Below, one piece after another: positions 50,801 to 64,000 of a stretch of 64,000 nt of DNA (position 1 is its first letter; every line of letters begins with the position of its first letter). A program made the position numbers and the translations under genes. A model generated the notes under the pieces. That model had not been told where the DNA came from. It did no database searches and saw nothing but the letters and a program-made list of their open reading frames with translations. The stretch spans positions 4,670,181 through 4,734,180 of the forward strand of contig CM082596.2 of assembly GCA_040954595.2 (NCBI GenBank), given 5' to 3'. This DNA is from Balanoglossus misakiensis. Lineage: Eukaryota; Animalia; Hemichordata.

Positions 50801-53800
50801 TTTATTCTCCAAAGACATTCCTCATCTTGATTCCTTTATTTAAAGGGACAAAGTCTCTCTCTCGCTGCCCTTTTTTCCATTAATTATGTTTGATACAAGT
50901 CACCGTTTATTTTATGCTACATGTGGATATATAGTGAATCAACGTTCGACCACATCCCGTTTGTAGGATATGAGAGTAAAATTCCCACCAAAATGAATAA
51001 ATGGTAGAGACCAAATATTCATGTTGGCGAGTTTTTCACTCTCTTGTCTACAAGTGGGATGGAAGTTGTGTGTGTTTGTACGTTGATTCACTATATATCC
51101 ACACATAGAATAACATAAACGGTGTCTTGTATCAAACATAATGGAAAAAGGGCAGCGGGAGAGAGACTTTGTCCCTTTAAACAGCGAACGAAAGGCTCTA
51201 CTATTTGCTTTTTTGTTTCAACACAGAGCTACTATTGACTGAGACATGTTCACTCGATCAGTCACTGTCTGCCTACGTAACTTTCACACAATATCATCAA
51301 TAATTCTTCAAACCAAAAATAGGTTATATATCTCACAAATATTATTTCTACGAGTGAAATGACAGCAGCCCTCCGAGGACCAATCATTCACAAATGTAGG
51401 TTGTCGGAAAGACACAAGCAGCTTTTACATAAAATATGATGACTTCTTAACCCACAGCCCAGAGAGACAATACACAGTGGAGTGGCACATGAATAGTCAG
51501 TATAAATTATAATTATTTATATCTTTTTATATTTTTATATTATTAAATAGAATATTTCAATTCTCTTGATCTTGTCACAACCAATAAAACAAGAAATCTG
51601 GAATTTGCTTTAGGAACATGCTATCATTTGTACATAGACTCAAGATTATGGCTTGATTTTTTATGGGAAAATGCTATTAAGTTTATTGGGGATTTACAAA
51701 GTACATACTCTCATTAGGGAAGACGAGTTCTGCACTGACTCAAACGCTGGCACAGAATGTATCAAGGCCAGGCCATAGATTTTCTTGAAACTGAATTTTC
51801 AGTGTTGCGAAAGGGGCATGCAAATCATTATGGACTGACAGTCTGTGTGGCCTTGGGTGATGGATGAAAGGCCTAACAGATTTCCTAGCCATGCCACAAG
51901 AGGGCTCTCTACTCTCTCTGACTGTTCAATAGATGGATAATTTTGACAAAAACACACGGCGTATCTTTATATTGACATACACGTAAATACCGTCCGAGTC
52001 AAAGTGGACACAAAGTGTTACGGCTGTGAACTTCATTCCATATTAAATGCACATCACTGCAAACAATGTGGTCGTTGTTTGTATTACACTGTACATCCTG
52101 ACAAACAATGCCCGGTTACTTTTAATCAGAATTCCAATTTAGTTCAATATTACATGTGTTGGTTGGCAGGGTCTGCCTGGCCCTGAACAGTTGGAACAAT
52201 GACGGTGTTGTGTTTATTAAACAGAAAAAGTCGCACATGTGGAGTTCAGATGACCCCCCCCCCCACCTTTAATAATGACACTGAAGTTGACCCACCTGGT
52301 ACCACCAAACAACAACATCTGGTGTCCAACAACACAACAGCACTGACGCCGCCTGGCACAGGGCTTCCGGCTTCCCAGGACTTGAACTTCACTCCACATC
52401 ATGGTGCCCGGGTCTAACTTGTAGATGTCGTCATAGTGTTTGTCCTTGATTCCGTTGTAACCCCCGAAGATGAACATCTGTCCGTTGTGCATGACTGAAA
52501 TTAAAACAGAGAGAGAGAGATGATCTCAAGTTTGAGAAAAGACTGATGATGTGGCTGGCACCAGGAACTGGTAATTTCTCATCGTATCCTATTTTGATTC
52601 TTTTCCCGATAACTACAAACCTGCAGCTTACTAACACTGACTTTAAAGGGGCAATTGTCAATCCCAGGTTCTTGCATTAGTTGTTATCAACATTGGGTGT
52701 TTATGTGGTGGAAAGCCTTCGTTTTCCATTGAAATCTTCATCAAGTTAAATAAGTAGATAAAGCTGTTAAAATCAGCTATTAAAACATAACATTTTTTTT
52801 CTGCTGATTATTGAGCCATCTTCCATACGAAAAACTAAAGCCTACCCAGTATGCTTTTATTTTGACAAAACAATAATATACATCTATTGACTGTAATGTC
52901 AGTATCTTCTGCATGGTCAACAAAGTAGTGATGATCATGCTGTTCGCCCTCTATTGGCTGTACACTGTGATCTTTTTGTTATTTTCTGCCGAGATTTTTC
53001 TTCTCTGTGCATTTACTAGCTGTTTGGGGGCGCTCATTACCACCATCCCCAAAATAATCAACTCAAGCAGTGTGTCATTTTAGCTCATGGCATCAAAAAT
53101 ATATAGCCACACCCCTAAGTGTCAAAGTTTTGCTGATATATGCATATTGTCATAAAGTGTCTGTAGTGTTGTGTGTTGTCTTGTGTGTCCAGTGTTGATT
53201 TTGTGTGGTGGTTAAAGTTTAGTTAGGAATTGCTGCACTTCTACTTGTCTGAGGTGGTTAGACCATAGACAGTAGAGGGGGGACAGTCAGTTACACATCT
53301 TAGCATCCAACGGCTTTGACAAAATGAACTCTGCTATTTATGACAACCAATGGGAGTAACTGCACATGGACAATTCACCAGCCCTGGATTACATAATCTC
53401 TGCACTGACTTGGTCTTCATGAATAATTCAGCGATAATAATTGGGGAGAAACTAAAACAATAGACAGTGGAGCACAGTGGACAATAATTCTGAATAAATT
53501 ATTCTAGAAAATATGCTCAGCAATGCACCTGGAAGATGGTATAAAAGGGTTGTGTGCCAATGCTTGACAGGGAGAGACTGACATGACAGCCAGCAGGTAG
53601 CACTGCTGAGGCACTGTGTGTGTAACTCTACCAGAATCTGACTGCCAGGCCTACAACTGCGATGAGTTTTCCACCAAGTGTGATACGAGACATCCTATGT
53701 GGCCATGGAACAACCATCTTCTTGATGAAACTGGAAAGACTGATATATTCTGCGACCCACTGCCCGGAACATTGTCACTACTGAACGCACTGCACTCAAC

Positions 53801-55470
53801 AATCTTTCTTAGCAAGGGTAGGGCAAACGTATGATAACCACCTGTGATTGTCTTTTGTAATGTTTTTACTGTTTCATGTCTGCCTCAAATGACATGTACC
53901 TCACAGTCTAATGCACTAGTGTATAGTTGCAAACACTCAGAGACATTACCAGTTTTTTTCTTTTTTTTCTAGAATTCGTTAATACACACAAAAGAAAAAA
54001 ATCTTCCACAACTGACCGTACAAACAGACAAAATATACTTACACGCAGAATGACTGCGTCTTCCATCTGGGATTTTCCCCGACATCACCGGTTCATGCCA
54101 CGAGTTATCCCTTGTGTCGAATACCTGGACCTTATTGCAGTAGAGTTCGCTGTTTGTGTGCCAGGGCCCCTGTAAATCGGACCGTCCGCCAAACACAACG
54201 AGGAGATACTGATTGACCGGGATAGCTGTGTGGAAATCTCTCCAGTAGGCCGGCCGTCCCTGTTGGAGCAGGAAAAAAAAAGCAAGATTGAGTTTGATTA
54301 CAAGCAAAAAACAAGGTGTTAGTAAAATCTGTCCCATAGTATTACCAAACCCTGTCTAATCGTCTATAGTATTACCAAATCCTGTCTAATCCGGAAACCT
54401 GTCTATACCAAACACCTTTTCCAGTCCCTTCCACAGTTAAAAGAACCTCTATAAACTTGGCAATAATGATGCGCCACTTACCCTTGAAACACGAAGCAAT
54501 GTCCACGTCATGGTTGAGGTGTCAAGTTTATGTACAGTGTTGGAAAAACATTCCATCTGTGATTTAAGAGAGAAAAAATAAATATTTGAAAAAAACAGCA
54601 AATCTCAATTTTTAAATTGTCTTTACAGAAACGATGATTGGTTTTTGGTATATAAAAATAAATCAAACAGACGTCGCAACTAGACATACACATTTCTAAT
54701 GATAAGACATTACCTGGTCTTCATAGCCTCCGAATATAAAAATATTTTTTTCAAGTACACAGGCAGAGTGGCCATCTCTAGCCGGGGGGATGTCACCATG
54801 AACCTCTGGACAAAACCAGTTATTTTTACCTGGAAATTGACAGAGAAATTCTCTTCTTATTTAGTTCCTCTCATACATTTAAATTGTACCAAAGTACCGG
54901 TATGTACCCGGTAGTGAAAGGGTTAAAGGTTGCAGTAAAATCACAGTACATAAAGATATCTCTGGTTATTTATAAATCAGCTTCACTATATATACCAGGT
55001 ATAACATATTGATATCAACTCACTTGTATTAAAACAGAAAAGTCTATTGCAGGCACCGACTGAGTCGTTTCTACCGCCCCACACGTAGATGATTTCGTCC
55101 ACAGCCACCGCCGTGTGTCCGTATCTCATGTACGGAACAAAATCCGAGTCTTCGTGTGTAGTTGGAAGCTCGACCCATCTGTAAGTTACTGGAAACACAA
55201 CAAACAGGAAGAGTGTCACAAAAGGAAGGACTGATTATAATACACTGATACCAAAGCAGGTCTGACATTTCCTGAGTTCATCACAAGCTCTGAAACCACA
55301 AACCTGTTTTACTTACACATATCAAAAACGTGGACATCAATGGGACGTAGTGTTTCATAGTCATCTCCAGTACAATATCCACCGAATGTATACACTTTGT
55401 TGTCGATAGCGCAAGCAGCGTGGTTGACGCGGCGAGGGCCTCCTTCCAGGTGGACAATCCAACTCAACAT
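35807..55470 (-). CDS. KLHDC3: Kelch domain-containing protein 3 (9 coding exons, 383 aa)
   Basis: Exons 55470-55317 (MLSWIVHLEGGPRRVNHAA...FGGYCTGDDYETLRPIDVHVF), 55188-55024 (VPYMRYGHTAV..WGGRND), 54829-54714 (ARDGHSAC..IFGGYE), 54556-54482, 54259-54043 (WRDFHTA..FGGR), 52494-52296 (PCARRRQCCC), 44973-44894 (LMDHSDLYILDF), 40099-40021 (PTLKTLCKLAV, BC-box), 35873-35807 (WEITAMTTNTTISRP...G*). Phases consistent; 1152 nt. Confidence 0.95.
44668..44846. mobile_element. MITE with TA flanks (Tc1/mariner-type), CTGTAAAACGG family
   Basis: TA|CTGTAAAACGGGAAATTTTCACGA ... TCGTGAAAATTTCCCGTTTTACAG|TA, perfect 24-bp TIR; lies ~47 bp from a KLHDC3 donor site. Confidence 0.85.
50844..51176. mobile_element. 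TTAA-flanked MITE (Kolobok/T2-type AGGG termini)
   Basis: TTAA|AGGGACAAAGTCTCTCTC.CGCTGCCCTTTTT.CCATT ... AATGGAAAAAGGGCAGCGGGAGAGAGACTTTGTCCCT|TTAA; ~50-bp imperfect TIRs. Confidence 0.85.
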
Positions 55471-56155
55471 CGTTGTCTCAATACGGAATATTCAACTCTG
55501 CAGAAAAGAAAACAGAATAGATAAACATTAACCATGTGCGTGGGCGTCCGACGCTATTTCTTAACCGGGTATTTAGTATAAGTACTGTCCTAGTTTAAAT
55601 GCAGGGAAATGCAAGGAAAAAAATCATCAGACATGGGTACATGTACAGTGGAACGAAGTGGGACGTTTCTCGCTATACTTTGTCATATGTACTGTATACT
55701 TAATACTGGATTGGAATATTTCAATACCCAAGTGTGTCTCATCAACCAAATTCATAACAAAATGAGCTTGACGTTAGACTTTGAGTCGGGAAATGGCGGT
55801 CAGAATGAACTGAATATGGTAACCAGTGGCCTGGACCAGGAAATCTGTTACATAGATACACATGAAATGAGAAATGTTCATTACACAGCTGGTGTATGTA
55901 TCTCAGATCAGAGTTTCAGTTCAATGTTTTTGCAACTGTTGCACGACAGACTAACTGTCAAAGTAAACCCACATGATAGCTTCGTAATTTTTTTTTATAA
56001 AACTGTGAAATGTCTCGACAGACAGGGCAGGGCTGATATTTCATACTGCTACAGCTAGCTACACTTCTACAAGTATGCAGCAGGGGACAGTCCCACAATA
56101 TTTACATATTGGTAAACGTCCAGAAATATAAAAACAAAGACACTGCAGCACTTAC

Positions 56156-56335
56156 GGCAGCAAGTTTACACTCCCTCATCGATTAATAACGTTACTGTCC
56201 GGAGGCTAAGTCTTGGAACATGTCTGATATCACGTTGTTATGGTAAAAAGGCTGTTGGTTTCAGAATTGCACGCACCTTTCGCTCAGCTGAGTCGTTCTC
56301 AGTATCCAACCTTTGACCCGAAACCATGACGTCAT
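56156..56335 (-). promoter_or_regulatory. Candidate non-coding first exon and promoter of KLHDC3
   Basis: The ATG exon is preceded by an acceptor (ttcttttctgcag| at 55497). A strong upstream donor |gtaagt lies at 56155, with a CRE TGACGTCA at 56327-56334. Confidence 0.45.
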
Positions 56336-56919
56336 CTAGAATACGCCCTCACAGACCAAAAGTAAAAATCCTTCGGATGAAATCTACAAAGAAAGATACG
56401 GCCGGTGAAACTAAGTAGAGGCTTGAAGCTGCCACAGGGCGATCGATCTCCAAAAATAAAAATATATTTGGACTCCGTAAACTTGTTTGTCTTGTTAATG
56501 TTACTGTTGCTAGTGTAGTATGTTGTTAGGGTCGTGGTTAGGGTAATTTTGCGGGGTCCATTGCCCCAACGTGCAGTTATTCAACTGGGCGAAATGAACA
56601 ATTCTTAATAGCAACCAGAAAGCCCGCAAGGTTCACATGTCTGTGGGGCTATGCAATCCCAGGACAGACGCTTTCACTCAACTCATCCTATAGTAACTCA
56701 GGACAAATTTTGCTGAAATTCATTTAATTTATTATGACATTATATATCCCATACATAGACTCTGAGCAAATCTAATTGACCACATAAGCAAGTGGTATAT
56801 ACATATACATGTACTGGTACAAAATGGGAACCAAAATGGCAACAAGGCAAAAGAAAAGGACCAGGCACGGAAATATTTGAGAAGAACTGAAGCAGAATGT
56901 ACAGTATGTAGCACACAAA

Positions 56920-59047
<2,128 letters not shown>

Positions 59048-62000
59048 CTATCGTCAGTATAATTATAACCAATTGTTCTCGCATTATAGAGTGCATAAGT
59101 ACTCATCAATGCAATGGCATGTTTTCTTTTGAACTAAACACTTCATTTAATAAACTTAATTTCCAATCAGACGAATCTGATAATAATGATGCCTTTTAGC
59201 ATGGGAACCACCATATATGGTTACACTAATTTATGCCTTTCGCTCAACCAATTGCAATGGAGTGGTGTCTACGATCGGCATGCTATTAATGCTCGGCACG
59301 CTTAAAATACTTCGCATTCAGTGCGATCGGTCTCAAGAGTTAGCTGGATCTAAAGTCCCCACTGCAAGAAGGAGGTAAGAGAAACATTTTTTCGTCGTTC
59401 TTTCGCTTTGTGTGAGTGCATTTGCATTCTTCCAACAGAGAAGGCCTATACCTGTACTATTCCAATTATCTGCAAGCATTTATATGTTAAATGTGTTCTC
59501 ACAGTATTTTTTTAATGCCCTAATTCAGGGAGGCTATCTGTCATGATTTCGCTCGGTACCCGGGAACTGATTATTTATAGACGGGAAAATTAATATAACT
59601 GACAAAGCGATGAAAACAGAATGCGCTATTATATTCAGAAGTGCGCGTGCGAAGCATTCACCTGTGCGCGTGCTTGAGGTCGCAAATATGTGCTATAATA
59701 GAGGGATGGTGGACGAATGAAATAAAGACTGAAATCACAGCTTCCATTGAAGGAAAAAGATCCGTGTCCAGGATTTTTCAGAGTCAGGAAGAGGAAGCAG
59801 ACGACGGAATGTGAATTGTTAATTGTGGAGTGTGGGTTCCTTCATTTTTATGAAACAGATCGTTTTAACCTATTAATTTGTAATTTTAAGCTGCAGTTTG
59901 ACGTCGTGAGCATCACGCCACCATTGAGGTCCTCCAGTTGTAAAGATCACATTGTTCAGCGACTGTCGGTGAACGGGAAACGAGAGAAAATACCAAACAT
60001 AGGCACAAAGACTTTAGTTGTAAATTATTACACTGACCTAGATTTTGACAGAAAATGGCGGAACACATCTCCGAATCAATGGACGTGGTCAATTCGCAGA
60101 AAAATTGGGTTTTCGCTTGCGATTTTGAGTCGGGTGGAGTAATAAACTCAAGCACTTTCAGTTTGAGCTGTTGGTTACGTACTCGGCCATTTACTTTTAT
60201 CGATTTTTGACAGACGCTTGGCTAGCTTGATAAGGCAAGTTAAATGTAGTAGGCGTATATGCGTGTTTAATGACAGCATTTTGGCGAGATTTTGCATGTT
60301 TTGCGTTTAAGCTTCAAAGGTTGAACTCGGGGGCAGCTATTAATGAAAGAAAGCTGACACGGCCGACCGCGTGTCATTTTTGCACGCACTTCAAAAACAG
60401 CCACAGAAATTTCATACGGCAATGAGTATGGATTAGGAAGCGAAATTTTAATTATCATAGAGGCCTACTTTAAGGTGGCCCTCTCATAAATTGAATTCAC
60501 GGACATAAAAACACACCTCCTTTCACGGTATACAACTCATTGCTAATACACTACCACCGCTGTCATCAAACGGCTAGCATGGACAAACGACAGAATGGGG
60601 TTTAATGTCTCTGCTCTCATTAATTTTGAGAGGCCATAGAATCTCGCGTTTTGATCAAAATACCCCGCACTGACGTCACAACCGCACGCAGCAGATTCCC
60701 AGAGCTGGATAATTACCGCACTGTTCTAGGGTTGCATTGACCTTGCGGGGACTAGACTAAGGGAACATTCATTAATTACTGTAGGGGTGGGTGTGAACCG
60801 GAGTAGAATTGGGGTTTATGTCAGGCACGAAAAATGAGACCTAACAGCCCCCAGGTCTTCCATAAAAAGACCCCTCTCAGATAATCAATCGTTCTGTGGT
60901 ATTAAAGTCATGTAAAACGCAATCATGGTATCGGGGTTGTCGAAATTAAGTATAACCTCAAATCCTTCTTTGTTGAGATGATTTAAATAATCAAAATCGG
61001 CCATCACGGCAATGTAATTAAATTTGGCGAAATTCTAACATCTTCCAATTCTGTCCCTGCTGTGACCTATAATACGACTAGGCCTGTAGTGATAACATAT
61101 ATACGATATCTCGCCCCAGGGTCCGTGGTTATACTGGTATTCATAAAATTGTGTACATCATAGTAACATTTCCTACACGCTCGGACTGTCAACATTGTGG
61201 TTTCGGAGATAGAGTACATTCCACAGCTTTGAACAAAACCTCGATTCATTATTTCAATATTGTATATAACATGTATAAGGAGCATATTTTAAAGATGCAT
61301 ATAGAATTACATGTACCAGATCCTAACCTTCCACCGATGACGGGTTTCTGAAATATGAGCACCCGAAATGCCCGATAACCGTGAAACCAGACCTTCCTTC
61401 CCGGTGTCATTGAGAACCCCCTTATATTATACAACGGCAATTTCTGCATTCACGAGGTTGTCCATAGCGACACGTGCCTCGCATTCCAGTTTGGAAAACT
61501 GCCAGATTTATTAGATGAACGGATTTCTTTTGAAATTGCACTCATTATAGCTGAGGATCGGAATAATTAGATTGCAGACGTGACGGCACCGTTTTTTGTG
61601 TGATGGCAATTAATTAAAATGCTATAGTGAAAGCTATGACGTCACATGCCCAGAAGATATTTCGGAAAGTTTCGATTTATTTGTTTGTTTGTCTTCACAA
61701 GTTAATGATGGCGCGGAATATTCCTGTACGCCCCAAAATTATCATCCCCATGGACAATCCACTAGGAAATGTGCCGCATGCACCAGTTATAGGGTCAGTC
61801 TCAGGGATAGGGTTGAGAACAGAAGGGGTCAGTGTCTGGTGAATAAATGCCCAGGGGGAATGTTCTTCAGAACCCCGAAAAAAAACCCTGCTTTATCTAC
61901 ACCGCGATTTATCGTTCAAAATTATCGACACTACAATACTTAGAAGGCTAGGATCATTGATTCAAATCTGATAATACGGAAAACTCCATCACGAAATGAC

Positions 62001-64000
62001 TTTTTGGCATCGCGCATATAAGATAATCGCGTCCGTCAACCGCGATGATACGATTCACACATAGACCTTTATACAGAATGGAAGCAGAACTTATTACGTG
62101 CGGAGCATTTAGAATGAAAAAAGTCCGAAAATGTTAAATAACCTCTTTGTGTTTGACAGAATCGCAGAAAAATACACCCAGGCGATCCAGCTGCCGCTAG
62201 AGTCATTCGCAAAAGTTGTTTGTGCATAACGAAGCCGGGCCATGAGCCGGTAAATGATTAAGGTGGAGCCATGTGTCACTAGCAACCGCCAGTATTTTCA
62301 ATTTGCGCAATAAAAGCTCTCCATAGACAGACAAGAAAAATATGTTGGTAGATGCACACATTTGGATATTAATGAGTGCCAAAGTGACCCTCAGAGCGAC
62401 CTCACGTCGCAACTGGAGCGTGTCACAGATGGACGACACCCATATTTGACAGCACTGGTATCAGCATTGTATGTTGGGCACTGGAGGAATTTCGACTTAG
62501 AAATACAATACGTCGCAGATATGATCATCCCCATTTGCACCCGCAAATTAATGACGCCAACCTTGCAGTTTAATCATTCATGTGTGACTGAGCTACGCTA
62601 AATATGCTGAGTTTGGTATTCCTAAGCTGTCGGGCATTGGCACGAAATATTCACGTGACCCCTCGTTGCTCTGCCGCGATTGGTTATAATAACTTGTATA
62701 TCAATACGGAATATTTATCTCGCGAAAATCGGGGGCCTCTATCACGATCAGATGTCTGGACTTGCGGATATCCCGGTGCAATTATCCGAAAGCGATAACA
62801 CCATATCACAATTAAGATCTATCTATTTCACAATCAAGTCATTTATCAATAATTTCTATTTATTAGGAAACGAACAGACGCAGTGTTATATCTTCCCACA
62901 TCATATGCTGCTGCATGTCCTTTTCAACTTTTAATCTGTCTGAGTCGACAGATTGGGACTCTACATCCGTGCAACCTATTTGAGTCACGTTGGGGAAAAA
63001 CTTTGCATTTCTTACGTATACAGTGCATCTGACTTGCGGTCTTTTTCGATAGGGTACCATCCCTATAAAACACCAAATACCTAAATATCGCCCCTCCCAA
63101 GGACAAGATAGTTCGGAGCATCATCGATTTAAAAAAGATGGAGGGCGTGGAAGGTTCAGAAATATGAGTACGATAGGTTACAGATGACAGAGGCTGTGTC
63201 TGACGCGACGTATTCAAAATACTTGTATGTGTAAACGCATGTCAGAGATAATTTACGTGCACAACATTGCAATTGAAGTTATGAAACCTGTCAGGCAGAT
63301 GTGTCAATGGAACCGGCTGTGGTAAATTGTGTCGTCACTGACGGTTACATGACCAGCTTGGTATCTTCCACTGCGCAGTGGTTTACCGCCGGTTAACATT
63401 CCTTGCCGAGGTCAGACGTCCTGGACCACAAACGGCATTCCGATAATTTTCGTTCACGAGGGGAGCCATAAAAGTATCACATCTTTCGACCTCGATAATA
63501 TTGATAGTTTTTCCATATTTGTTTTGCAAAAGATGTAATGACATAATAAAAGAAGCCCAAGAAAGTTCGTCCAAGGAAAAAAAAAGTTTAACATAACTTC
63601 ATCAAGAACGGATCGTATCTAAAGTGAAGCAAGCCTCATGCAGATCACTTGGGACATGGTGGGAAAAGATATGCTGGGAATGTTGGCGATACACTGGATT
63701 CTAAGAGTGTTGCCTGGATATAATTCTCTCGTCACGGCGAGTGCTGATCGCGTGCCGTCTCGCAGACTTTAGTTTAAATACAGAGCAAAATTTCCCCGAA
63801 AATGCTGAAAATTTTTGAAACGCCTAAGAGTACCGTCCCTTTAAACCAAATTGCTGGCGAATCATAACTTTTCCTCGATTTTCGCTAGACATTTGTTTGT
63901 CCGAAAAACATCAACGGCCACACTGCATTTTTTTCTAATTTTCCGATGCAGTTAATCCAAGATGGCCAACCTATTCCAGAAGAAGTACAAATCGGAGGAA

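Noticed and set aside
54335-54392. 30-bp tandem duplication (ATAGTATTACCAAA.CCTGTCTAATC)
   Set aside because: Ordinary local intronic duplication or repeat remnant, with no sign of function.
59340-59380. + strand donor GAG|GTAAGA suggesting a transcript divergent from TRMT61A
   Set aside because: No ORF or downstream exon supports it within 59-64 kb.

Overview
AT-rich (~39% GC by eye) animal genomic DNA with spliceosomal GT-AG genes. Protein similarity suggests an invertebrate deuterostome (inference). Four complete gene models can be assembled with consistent intron phases: SRP9 (+, 3 exons, 78 aa), an NPAS4/dysfusion-type bHLH-PAS factor (-, 8 core exons, about 835 aa), KLHDC3 (-, 9 coding exons, 383 aa) and TRMT61A (-, 4 exons, 334 aa). 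A divergent ATG-AG micro first exon next to SRP9 is probably Ena/VASP (ENAH). The most interesting structure is the 5' end of the NPAS4-like gene. Three short ATG-initiated exons and one His-rich cassette exon all end in phase 2 and fit an acceptor hidden just inside the bHLH start. One of them lies directly behind a compact SRF(CArG)+CRE+2xMEF2 cluster resembling a synaptic-activity-responsive element. Also present are a foldback/Mutator-like element with a 9-bp TSD that carries a Penelope-like RT fragment and a nested Harbinger-type MITE, several other MITEs, and a DR1/DR1/DR5 nuclear-receptor element cluster. All calls were made by eye; no searches were run.
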